Assembly (NCBI GenBank): GCA_016748015.1
Contig: JAAOMT010000494.1
Span: 273,156 to 337,155 of the forward strand
DNA length: 64,000 bases
Reading direction: 5' to 3'
Origin: Geosiphon pyriformis uo1
Taxonomy: Eukaryota; Fungi; Glomeromycota
A program made the translations under genes and the position numbers. The notes beneath the pieces are model-generated. The model was not told the DNA's origin and made no database searches. It saw only the letters and a program-made list of their open reading frames with translations. Below, piece by piece: positions 26,501 to 39,495 of the stretch. How positions within the stretch are numbered: the first letter of the stretch is position 1; the number at the start of each line of letters is the position of its first letter.

Positions 26501-27549
26501 GTGCACTATTTATTTTATGTATATTATAATGTTCATTATATTTTATTTCTTTTATTAATTATCGTATTCTGAAATCAAAATATTTTTTGAAACTTTTTTC
26601 TCCATTATAACCCATTTTTCCTGTTCGAAAACTTGATTATTTTTGCTTTATGTATATTCAAAATAAAGAATTTGAATAATTATTTAAATAGAAATTATAA
26701 TTGATATTAATTTTATATTTACCAAATCTTACAAAGTTATAAAGTTTTTGTTAATATCCTGAATTTCTTTAAAAGTGTACAAATAAATAGATTTTCAGAT
26801 TAGACATATTTTGAAATATTTTAATTAACAAAAAAAGATAAATATGAGCGATTCTATTTGTATTCGACAGGCTAAATCTAACCTAATAGATCTGTGATCG
26901 AAGCTATGATTTTCTATTTGGACTGATATGTCAACCAGTAGTGATTTTCCTCTTTCCCAATTTAATTTTGTGTAATCCAAATAAAAACCTAAAGTGAACG
27001 TTTTTATTGACTACTTTTCATACCTGTAACGGTTTTTCGTTTACGGTTTGCCATATGAAAAAAAAAGACACGAGGAACGCGGTCTTTCTAGCCACAAACC
27101 TTAAAAGTAACAAAGATAAAATGATGAAGATTATCTTGACGGGTAAACACTTGATATGATTGGTGTGCATGGCAATCGCGAGATAAAGAAAAACCAATAT
27201 TACAGGTGTAAAATTATCATTTTTGGAAATTGAGCGCGTGTTTAAATCAGTCGAAGGGAAGATTTGGTAAACACAAAAACTTTGGAAAAAATGAATATTA
27301 TTAACTAATTTCAGTTGATTCACTTTCTGTCACCAATCACATGAAAAATTTGGTTAACTATTAAAGTGGTCGGTCAAAAGCTTCTCATGGTAAAACTTGC
27401 GTTTTTTCAAAAAAAAAACTCCACGAGAGTTCATTATTTAAAGATTAACGTCAAACCTTCCCATTCACCAACAATCAAAGTTTAATAAAACAACAAAACG
27501 CGTTTTACGTAAAATCACGCTAAAAGACACGTAAAAATTAGAATTTATA

Positions 27550-30162
27550 ATGGAAACAAATAACTGTCAGAAGCCTTGCGAATTTCACCATACTTCACCA
27601 ACATTTAATATGGTCATGCTACCGCAATGCTTTGATCCACAATTCGAACAATTCTTTTCCATCTTACCACAAGATATTGGAATTGGAACGATTTTTGACC
27701 CAATCGCTCAAGCAGGTTCACAACCGATTAGCTTGGAAGAATTGATGGATCCATCACTGAAATTTCATAATCTTTTCTCAATTATGTCACCAGTAGAAAC
27801 CAGAAATGAGTTGGAACGAAATTATCTAGCTGAATTTCATGAAGCCAACTTCTTGAATGATATTAAAACTTTGACAACTATAAATAATCATCAATCGCCC
27901 GATTTCCCTGAGGTCAACTTCCTACATGATATTGGAAACGTAACACGTCCAAATAATTATCAATCACCTGACCTTCATGACGTCTGCTTTCCTCAAAACT
28001 TCAGGAACGTAACAGACTTGAATTTTTGTCAACCACCTGCACTCAATAAGCCCACCTTAGGGCAAGATTTCAGTACCGAAAAAAATAAAAAAATAAAAAA
28101 TTTCTTCGAGGTTAGCTTGCCTCAAAAAGACGGCGTAAATTATCACAATGATCCAGAGTTTCCTGACGTTACCCTACAAGATTTAATGGAGCCATCCTTT
28201 GAAGTCGAATATCTTCTTTCTAACTTATCACGAGAACAACTCGTTGCCATTGAAAAAAATCTGAATAAGGCTAAAAATAAAAAGCTCAATTTAATGAAAG
28301 TCCCTAAAGATGGTCGTGTAGAAAAAAAGGTGCGCAAGCCGAAGCCTACACCTCTTATATGTCTACCGACACCTCCCAGAACTATTCTATATCAAAATAC
28401 AGGGTTAGCCACGCCACAAGAAAGCACAGATTCTTTCCTCGCCAATTTTAGCCCTAAATCAGACACGAATTTCTATACGAAATCGGAAACACAATTCTTT
28501 GGACTTGAAACGCCCCTCACCACGCCAACCAGTATCATGAATAATTTCTGGATGGATCCTATTAATCCAAAGTTGGAAGGATCTGCAGCACAATATACAT
28601 CGCCACAAGAATCCAAACCTCACAAATATAACTTTATTAGTTCAGAATACAACAATATACCCCTTCCTAAACCAGGTTTAAATTCCTCTGATAAATTAAA
28701 GGCTGAAGCAGCTTCTGCCCACAATAAAAATACCACCATTCCAAACCAAGAATCCTCCGATATCTTGGATGGCCTTAAATTTAATACAGACCAACAGCAA
28801 CGATTTCCAATTCAATCATCCCACCAGAAACTCGGTTATGAAAATTTTAACTTTGCGTCCTCTGAACCCAAAGAAATTACCATTCCAAAGCTGGAGTTGG
28901 ACCCTTTTTCTAAATCTAAGATTCAGGAAATTTTTGGATCTATGGAAAATATGCCGGTAACCAATGAATTGGCCATGGAATATCCTGGAGTAGAATCGAT
29001 GATCTTCAGCTATTCACATCATCACGTGTTGAAGACATACCGCATTCGAACTGATATACAAAATGTGGATATCAATTTAATTGATGAACAATTCAAAAGA
29101 GACAATTGTGTAAGATATATTTTTTTCAGATTGGATACAAGTTTTACAAATTGATTCATATTTATTAATTATTAATTTCTTGCATAAAATCTATTATAAC
29201 TTTAGATCTACCCACGCGCCTTTTGTCTTCCAGAGGCTTATAATGGTAATCGTTGGATATATGAAACCGAATGTAATTCCCTTGGATGGATATTAGCTTT
29301 TCTAAACCCAGAAGAACTCGGTGGCAAACGAGGTCTCATACAAAGAGCTGTTGACTCATTTCGTAATCGACAACCAGGTTCAAAGTCACGAAGAGTAGCT
29401 CGCCAAGAAAAGGTGATGAAGGGCACATTGCGCAAGCGCAAGGCCTCATATCCTGGAGATGAAGACGCTCGTCCATTAAAGCGTAAATTAGCAATTTCGC
29501 ACAAGCCGAGAACCATCCTTCTCGAAGATATTGTTTCAGGAACGAAGATCAGGATCAAAATCAACGTTGAAGAGGTCGATTTAAATCAAGTTGACTCCAC
29601 TTTCAAAAGAAATAATTGCGTATATCCTAGAGCAGCCTTTTGTACTCGTGAACAATACACTGGACGTCGTTACGAGGAAGAAGTAGGGTGTAATGAGTTA
29701 GCTTGGAAATTGGCAAGTCCTTATAAACTGTAAAAATTTTTCTCTTTCATAAATCGGAAATATTCTAATAACAGTTTTAATATCTCCTTTTCACCTTAGG
29801 CCTGGCTAAACCCCCGTAGTTTGGCTAATAAGAAACGGCTTCTTCAACTAGCGATAGATCTTTACAGAACGAGGTTTACCAGCAATTTTAAACCTCGTTC
29901 TGCTCGACTACCAGAAGATTTCGATATCCAAGCCACCACCTTCATTACAAACCCTTGTAATAACATTGAGATGGAGACCCATGCGGCTCCAGCAGAAATG
30001 TTGACGACAAATGAGACTTTATTAGATAACCTGCCGCAAAGAAAAATATATTTTGAAAATTTGCCGCCCGAAGGTTATGATAACTTTTTACTTGGTTGTA
30101 ACCAGCCAAATGAAATGCCCCTTTGGCATTATACTGATCTCGCTGACGAGCAGCAATATTGA
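27550..30162 (+). CDS. Uncharacterised protein (~809 aa) with two tandem copies of a conserved fungal domain (NCxYPRA...ECNxxxWxLAxLNP...KRxLxQxAxD)
   Basis: Exons 27550-29109, 29206-29712 and 29800-30162. Intron 1 is GT-AG and intron 2 is GC-AG. Splicing restores DNC|IYPRA and AWKL|AWLNP. Long low-complexity N-terminus. Confidence 0.88.
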
Positions 30163-32040
30163 GTTTAATGCTTCGATTTCCGGTATTCAGGGTTAAAAGG
30201 TCAAATCTCGAGCTAAAATTATTTGTATATATAGGTATTTTAAATTTTCGATCTGCCTTCAATATCGACTGTCTCGTAACCAAAATAATATTTGTCCAAA
30301 TGATGCCAAAGTCTATTGCTATTATAGTGTTCTTGTTTCACGCAACGTTTTTGAAAAAGCAAAAGGCTTTTATTATATACTCAAAAGTGTCAATTATAAG
30401 TTATCAGTTATTGTATTTGTAGATCAAGTTATCTCGTTAAGATATATTTTAAATATTCAATAAATCATGTATAGAGTTGTCTGAAATTGTCAAAAAAAAT
30501 CAAGACCCAAAAACAAATTTGGAAAGTTTTGACGTTTTTATCCAAAGTTATAATAAGTTTAAAATATTATAGTTTTCCAGAAACCTTGTTAAGTGAATTT
30601 TCTAGTTCGATTTCTTTAATCCACAAATTGAAATTAATTCTTGATCGCTAAACTTGACAAAAAAATTCTTCAGCAGTCAAAGTTGAATGCAAGGATTTAA
30701 TTTTTAACCAAAGATTCCAAGAAAAATATTTATTAATAATTGAATATGGCTACTTTCTTTAACTGAGATATATTCTTCACTGTTTCAAATTTTATAATGC
30801 GAAAATCAATTTATCACACTAAACAGATCCAAACATAAAACCATTTCCCGAAAATTTCGTTTAAAATGGTCTTAAACACTTTCCAAAAAAGTAAATGTTC
30901 TTAAAGATTAAGTTTCTCATCAAAAAAATTGAAAATATTTTTAAAAACCAAGATCTCTAAAATAAATCCTAAAACAATACTATGACAAAAATAGTCAATA
31001 ATTAAATTATTTGGTGGGCCATTTCATCAAAGTCTTTGTGATATGCTTTTAACTACATTCAATCCATACTTCCTATAGTTTTGAAGGTTTTTTCGGCAAG
31101 TGCTACTATTTTGGCCAAATATCATAGGGCCAGAAAGAAATCGTAAAAAAAGAATGTCAATATATGTTCAATATTGAAAAAATTAAAAATAATTTAACAT
31201 CGAGACATTGTTCATACTATAACCAATATTTTTTATATTCATGTCCTATCAAAAGATGACATTAATTGTTATAAGGTTTAAAAATCACAATTTGTAAATA
31301 TGAATAATCAATTATTTGAAAAAAAATTGCTTTGAAAACTTTTCATCTCTCCCATATAAAATTAATCAAAAATGTCTCTTTAAAAAATATCTTTAAAAAC
31401 TTTCAGATCTCTTAATTTATGTTGCATAAAAAAATTTTAATCTAAAATTTTTTCAAGAAGCTATATTTTTTAATTAATAATTTTTTAAGACTTTGCAAAG
31501 TTTTGAAAAATTGGGTTTCTTGTAATTCTGCTTGTTACAAATTCAATACAGTATATAATTTTACCAAATAAAAATTTCAAATTCAAAATAAGAAATGAAA
31601 ATGATAAAAACACCTTCAGATAATTTCATCTCGAAAAAGAATATTTTGTAAAAAAAAAATTCATTTGAATTGGTTAAAAAAATACAGAAACATAACTTGC
31701 TGTTTGATCCTTTAAAAATTAAATTAATAGAGCATCTTGGTTATTTACTTAAAAAATTCTCAAAACAAACTATACTTCAACTAAAAAATTAAGAAGATAA
31801 TTTTCGAACTACATAAAAACAACCACATTGTTGAATGATACATTTTTCTCATCAAAATTTTTACTCTTGACATTTCAATAAAAAGTTTCCATTATTTGTA
31901 TTTCAGTTGAATTTCAACTTAAATAATAATCTTTTTGTGAAAATTTGTCAAGTAAAAAACTTGACATATACATCTTCATAATATTTAATATTTTTTTTAG
32001 CAAACAATGACCTCCAAAGAAAAACAAATTCAATATTCTA

Positions 32041-32284
32041 AATTTTCATTAAAAAACAAAATTGTATTTAGAATGATATTTTTTAACATTAATATTTTAA
32101 ATTTCATTTAAAAACAAAATTGTATTTAGAATGATATTTATTAACATTAATATTTTAAATGAAAATTTAAAACAAGATTGTATTTAAAATGATATTTTTT
32201 AACACTAATATTTTAAATTTTCATTTAAAAACAAAATTGTATTTAGAATAATATTTTTTAACATTAATATTTTAAATTTTTCAT
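32041..32284. repeat. ~59-bp minisatellite, 4 units
   Basis: Repeated aaacaaaattgtatttagaatgatattttttaacattaatattttaaa. Confidence 0.9.
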
Positions 32285-34404
32285 ATTCAAAAGTGGAAGA
32301 TCATTTTCATTTACAAAAATAATGTTTAAAAATATTTCGTTTATGTTGGTTAAATGGAATTACTTTGGTTTTGTAAGATATTTACATTTTCAGTAGTATG
32401 GTTTATCAATTCAATTTCATGTTTCTCTATAATAACATCAAGACAATCTATGGCTGTATTGGATTTATAATTGTGTGATTACTTATGGCTAATATTTAGC
32501 AGTTTCAATAATTCATTTAATTCAGCGGTCGTTTTGTTTAAGTTGGTGGTTTCAATAATTCGATAATTTATATTTATTCCATATTTTATGGTTTTAATCT
32601 TGAATTATTATATTCACAATTTAAGTTAAAAAAATTTCAAAATCCACAAATTTAACATAAATAAAAATGGATAATATTTTCAAAATCTAAATTTTTCTCT
32701 TTAAACTATTTTCAAAAAACATCTAATTGAACATTGTTATTCTATTCCACCCTTAAACCAATCAAATATTAAAACCATTAATTTATATTCTAATATGGCA
32801 TTAAAAAACACCGAAAATGATTATAGATTATTATATTTCACTTGTTTATTGTATTATTAATATAATTAAGAAATCAAAATAATAATTTTTTATTGTTTTT
32901 CATTATTAAAAATTATAATATCGTTAAATAATCTACTTAATATTTTTTATACTTTATTAAAAATCATCTTGTCAACAAAGAAATTCTTCGAAATTGTATA
33001 TTTCTTAATAATAAAATTGTTACAAATTTCAAATATACATTTTTAATCAATATTTTTAAATTAAATTGTTTTTATAATAACAAGATCATTAAAATTTTTT
33101 TAATATCTATAAACTTCAAATTCAATCTATTAGTAATCTTTCAAAATTCTAAAATTTCCAAAAAAATTTATTTCTAATGATAGAAAATTTGAAAGTGTTA
33201 TATAGTTTTAATTAATTTTATAATAGATTTTGATAAAAAATCTTTGGACTATCAAGAACATTAAAAAAATCTATAATTTAAATTATTACAATAATAAAAT
33301 CTTTTTTTAAAAAAATATAAATAAAATAGTTTTTTTTCATATTTGAAATTTAACCTTAAAATTTTATTATTTAAAACTTATTTACATATTATTAAATTGA
33401 GAATAATTTTTCACAAGATAAAACTATTAACATAATTCTACATTCTGACCAAAAAGAAATATAATTGTAAATTACATTACTTGATTATATTTTTTTATTG
33501 AATATAAAATTTTTAAAACAATAATTTTATTTATGTTACTGATAAGTACTGTATATGATATATCAATAAAAAAAACATAAAAAACAATTTATTGAAAACC
33601 AATTATTTGGTTTATTTTAAAAATAAAAATAAAAATACATTTTTTTCAAACTTTATACAATACAAGAATATTATAATCAAATTTAATTTATTTACAAAGC
33701 AAATATTTCATTGTAAATACTTTATAAAAATTAGTTAATACTTACAAAATTACACATAATTACAAGTATTTTATAATTTTTATAACAAAATTTTTATTTT
33801 GATCAATATTACTTATTATTCATTAATTTTTTTTATTCAAATTTTTTATTTTTGACGGTTTTATAACATTATAAACAAAAAAAATTTTTTCAATTATTAA
33901 AAAAACCAAAAATTGTCTTAAATTTTCATAATTAATATATATGGTATTTATTTCAAAAAATTATTAATCAATTTAATATATAAACTTTATAACATTATTA
34001 AACAATAAATAATCTTTCATTAGCAACAAAATTAATTATAAAAATCATTAATAATAGCATATTAATTAAATTTTTTATCAAGTTGTTTATTTTTGAAATT
34101 AGTAATTTTTTATTGTTTTATTACAATTTTTTTCCTAAAACAAAAAAAAATATAGTTTTTGGAATTAAATCACAGAATACTTTTGTGAATAGAAAGTTCA
34201 CAAATGGATTTCTCGATTATGAAAGAATTAAAAAAATTTAAGTACATCTTTTATCAAAATAATAAAATAACGTTAAAAATTTTATTTTAATAATTAAAAT
34301 TATACCAACATAGAAGAAGTTTGAATAATTTTCGCCCACCATAATTCATAGGATATTTGCCGTAGAATTCCCTTACTATCCCCTCCCCACTACTAGTGAT
34401 ATAT

Positions 34405-34591
34405 TGAGTGACGTCAACCTAAAGGTAGTAGGGATGCCATAAGCTAAGTTTGGCAAGCCAGGGACTTTGTTCTATTGTTAAAAATTTGTCTAATATCGTA
34501 AAATTTCAGTGAACTCTATTACAGATATTATACTATAAAGAACAGATAAAAAGATATTACACTTGATCTTAGCCAAAAGGTTTGAGAGGAT
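34405..34591 (-). ncRNA. U2: U2 snRNA pseudogene (degenerate copy)
   Basis: Minus strand reads ATCCTCTCAAACCTTTTGGCTAAGATCAAGTGTAATATCT[TTTTATCT]GTTCTT, then a stem IIa relic, an Sm-site relic AAATTTTTA and a GGCTTGCC stem III loop. The branch-recognition GUAGUA is mutated. 3' end approximate. Confidence 0.88.
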
Positions 34592-35859
34592 TAAATCAAA
34601 TAAATAGTTTTAAAAAATTATAAAAAATAATATTGTTTTTGAAGATAATTTAATTCAAAATTAACTTTGAATCATTGTTATTTAAAATATATATTACTAA
34701 ATTACTGTTATTTTGTCTTTTTAATTATATTTTTGTTATAAATCTTAATATAAAATTCCAGTATTTATTGATAAGTTTAAATAATCATAAATTTATGTCA
34801 AAATTATGTTACAATATAAAAAATGTAAAAATAATTTTTTAAACAATAAAAATAAAATATTTTAATTATAATAAGTTTTCATACTAATAATATATAAAAG
34901 CATTTTGGATTTTTACAATAAATAAGTAACAATTCATTTTCTGAAATATTTTTCTTGAGCATAATTTTTTAGAAAGCACGAATGAAATTGGGGTTTAAAC
35001 GAAAGGAAAAAATTGCAAACTTAATTTTCAAATAAAGAATTAATATTGTCTTTTTTTAATTTTAAAAAAAGTAGAATTTCATTATCATTATTTTAGTAAA
35101 CCAATTTTCAATGAAAAACCCCTATTACAGCCATGTACACAAAAGTCTATTATTACTGTTTAATTAATAATCAATTAAATTAAAAAATTAACAGTTCAGA
35201 AAATTTTTAATATAATAGCAAATGGCGTTAAAAAGTGCCAACTATAAAAGTTGACTTTTTTTTATTTGAAACTAATATTATTTTTATTTCTGTCAAAGTT
35301 TTAATAATGGATATTATTAAATATTAAGCTTTAAATGAAAATAATTATTTAAGTAAAATTCATAATAATTTTATTTGAATTTGAATTATCAATAAACTAA
35401 CCAATAATTAAACAAAACTTACCAAACTTTTTGGGTTAAAATTCAAATTAAATAAATATATTATTATCTTAATGTTACTAATAGTTTTTTATCTTTACTG
35501 TGTTTATTAATAGTGATAAAAAATGTTTTTGTCAAAAGTGTTTTTTATTTTTCTATATCTTGACAATTATTTTTTATCAAATCAATAATAAAATTATTTT
35601 TACAATAGTCATATTTAATATTAAATGAAATTTGATGGTTATAATTTTTGCTAGCTTAAAAAGTTTTTTTTTAGTTAGTTTCATTATAAGAATCTTCAAC
35701 ACTTTTTTCAGGTAACCTCTTTTTCAGACCTTAAACGAAATAATAATTAACTTTGCAAATCGATCACAATTCCTCGAAAATCGCATGGACTCGTATAGTT
35801 AAAAAGGCCAAAAGCTACTGATTTTATTAATATAAAATTTAATATGCAATTATTTTGCT

Positions 35860-36620
35860 TTTACTCTGAATAATTAACTGACAATGCCGCAACATTGAAT
35901 CTATTAAATTGATTAGAATAATTTTTGACATATTTCCATTTTTCAATCATATATTGTTCCAAAATCATTCATATTTTTTAGCATTCATTTTCTACTTTAT
36001 TGCTCATAGATGTTCAATGGATTTAAATCTGGAATACACAATGGCCAGTCAATAACCTCACGTAAATTTTCTGCAAAAAACGCTTTAGCTACGCTTGGGA
36101 TTTTTATCTTGTTGAAAGTGCCATTCCTTTTCAAGTATTCCATTAACTTCTAGAACATGTTATCGCAAAATTTTAATATAAAACTTTGCATCCATGATAT
36201 CCTGGAAACAAAATAAACTGGTTATTTTTCATACAAAACCACTCCTTGCAAATATTTTTGTACAATATTTTGGTCTTGGAAAAATTGGGTGTTTTTCCTT
36301 TTACCAATTTTGAATTGTATTTGAATGGTGTTCATGAGAAAATATGTTTTTTTTAGTATTATTAAAATAAAATTTTGCCCATTCAACGCGTTTCTGTTTT
36401 TCAATTTGTGTGATCATTGACATAGTAATTGTAAGTTTTTCATATATCCAAGTGAGTCCAAATGTCTGCCAATTGTGGAATATCTAATGTCTACTTCCTT
36501 TGTATCTAGTTTAGTAACAATTTTTTGCAGAGACATGAATATATTGACCTACTTTTCTCAATATATATGTTGGTAATTTTCTTATCACAATTATTACTGC
36601 CTTTGTGCTCAATTTTTCCT
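35860..36620 (-). mobile_element. Tc1/mariner transposase relic
   Basis: Minus-strand fragments STIGRHL..LGY, KRVEWAK, IFSHE, MDAKFYIKIL, WHFQQDKNPK and VIDWP..PDLNP match Tc1 HTH and DDE motifs. Multiple stops and frameshifts; TIRs not found. Confidence 0.85.
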
Positions 36621-38847
36621 ATTTAATGAAAAATTAGTCTATATATTAGTCAAAAAAATAAAAATAATTAAGGTTGCGACTCTTAAAAAAAAGCAGATCT
36701 AAAACTATTGAATATTTGGGACCAATCAAAACTAAAAAACTTTTTAATGAAATCAAAATTGACTTCTATAGACCATTTCTAATCACAATAAAACCTGGTA
36801 TACTTTTTTTCCTGTAAATTAATTAATTATCCCAAAGCCAAGACCGTTAAAAGAGTTGATACTCAATCAATTACTAATTTTGTTTACAAAAATTTGATTT
36901 ATAACCATAAATGTTACAAATTTTTTTTAACATGTCGCCCTGCCAATTATATTTGTTGTTGCCATTTACTTATAACAAACAAAAATTTTAAAAAAAGCCT
37001 ATAAATTAATGAAAACTTTGAAAAATAAAATAAAAATTAACATTTATTATGTAAAACACTTTGAAACCATAAAAATATATTAAAGGTGACAATCCACTTT
37101 TCAAAAATTTAATTGTTTACAAAATTGGAAACAAAAATCTTATTATATTACACATAGAAAGAAATAAAAAAATTCTTTCAAGATAGAAATATTCTATATT
37201 CATCAAGTATTACAAAATTAATTTTAAAAATGATAATTTTTTAAAATTGTATTATAAACTATAATTATTATAATTAAAATCATTTTTTGTATCTTTTGAC
37301 TTATCACTTTGAAATTTAAAACCAATTATAATAAATAAATATTATTTTTATTTTAAATTTTTATTACAAAAACTCAAAAAGAAATATATAAAAAATGGTT
37401 TGTTTTTTATTTCTCGTCTTTTTACATTATAAAAATTTTTGAAATTTTTTTTTAACACTTTAAATATTACTCAAAATACTTTAATAATTAAATTCTAATT
37501 TTTAACAATTTCGCAATTCACTATATATTAAAAATCTTTTAAACAACATTGTTTTTAATTCTATAATTTAAAAACTTTAAAAATAGTGTTTGAACTATTT
37601 TTAATTATTAAAAAATCAACGATAATAAAAATATCTTAACAAATGGAAATTATTTTCAACTTCTATTAGTATGATAAATAATAGAAATTTTGAATCAAAA
37701 AACTCAAGATTGAAAACAAATATTTGTTAATTAGAAGAAAAATATCTATATTAATTTGAAATATTATTGGAAAAAACAATCAGATACACCATTTTAAAGT
37801 AACTTGTAAACTTTATACTCCATTTTAGAACTTTATATTATTTTATTGAATTAAACCATAAATTTAATTCATTAAAATTAAAAATTTTTGATTTTTAAGA
37901 CTCTTATCAACAAATTACAAAAGGTGTTATTCAATATTATTTGAAAATGATTTTCAGTTTCAATTTTGTATAAATAATCACAAGTTTCATTATTGCACAT
38001 ATGAAAATTTTAAATAAATACATAAATAAATAATGGAGTAATATATATAAAAACTGTTTTAATAGTATTAATATTAGTTTTTATCTTTTCTTAAAAAATA
38101 GTTGGTTTTATATTAATAATTTCATGTATTTATTTTAATATTATTTTAATTCTGCTCAAACCACGTATAAATCGTATTTTGAAATCGAGAAAACAAATAA
38201 AATAATAGAAAAAAATCTTTATTTATATTTATTTAAGTAAAATTTAACCATTTTACTAAAATTTTTACAAAACCAATAGTATTAAAATCTCAATAATACT
38301 ATTTAAAATTTGTTAAAAATAGTACTATTCAAAACTGTGTAAAAAATAGTTAATAAATAATTTAAGAGTTTTAACATTTGAAATAAATGTAATTTATAAG
38401 AACAATTTTTTTTGCCCAAGTCATATTCAAAAAAAAACTAATATTACTTTTGAAATCTATTTTTTTTGTTATAAATTAGTAATTCCAAAGTTGACTAGCT
38501 ACTAACTTTGTTGAATTTAATTTAGTTGTCTAATTTTTGAAACCCAAAATGAATTCACTCATAATTATTTCACAAAATAACTTATAATCTTGGACAAATG
38601 CATATAATACTCTCAAAATTACACTTGAATTACATTAGAATTGGTTGATTTAGAAACAGCCTAATAATTGGACTTTTATGAACCATGATTGAAATTGTTT
38701 ATGTTCAATTTGACAAAAAAATAAAACTAAGAAATTGTTTTTTATTTCCAAATTTTAAAGTACTCATGGGTACTTTAGAATTTTCAAAGCCAGGTTTTTG
38801 TGAAATACCCCAGGTAGAATCCCATAATTATAATTAATTATTAAATC

Positions 38848-38987
38848 AAAATGGCGAATTACGGTATTGTGACGTGTAAGAATAAGACACGTGAAATAAC
38901 GCCATTTCTCACTTGAACAAATGGGATATTTTATACCCTTTTATCACAAAATATTAACTTCGCCACAATACTGTATTTCGCCATTTT
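38848..38987. repeat. 140-bp inverted-repeat (MITE-like) element upstream of the kinase gene
   Basis: aaaatggcgaattacggtattgtgacg (38848-38874) vs the reverse complement of 38961-38987, aaaatggcgaaatacagtattgtggcg; 24/27 match; no TSD seen. Confidence 0.65.
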
Positions 38988-39495
38988 ACCTCATTTTCAA
39001 AAACAATAACTAAATAAATAAAAATTTTTCAGCATTTAATTTAAATAAAAATTTCATAATCCAAAGAAGTTTCCTTGCATCCAATGGATAGATATTAAAA
39101 AAAATATTTTTTACGTTTATGTTAGAATTATTAAGTAGGAAAAAGATGAATTCTTCCTGCGGCCATCATCAAATAGAGTTTATTTCTCACCGCTTCCAGA
39201 AAATGGGTCTCATTTTAAATTGAAAATCACAATGAGAAACAAATACTGTACATTCGTTTATACATGTGGTTTCAGTACAAAGTACATTCCTTCCCAGACG
39301 ATCTCTATCCGTTTAATAATCTCAATGACAGAATCTAACATTGTGGCGTCTAAGAATTATTCAAAGCGAATATGATTTAAAAAAAATCATACGTTAAAAA
39401 TCCTTATTTATTAGCCAGGTAAACTCTTTCAAGTCCTTCTTTCACCACACAAAATTTTTATAGTTTAATAATCCCTTTGTGTTTATTTAAAAATC

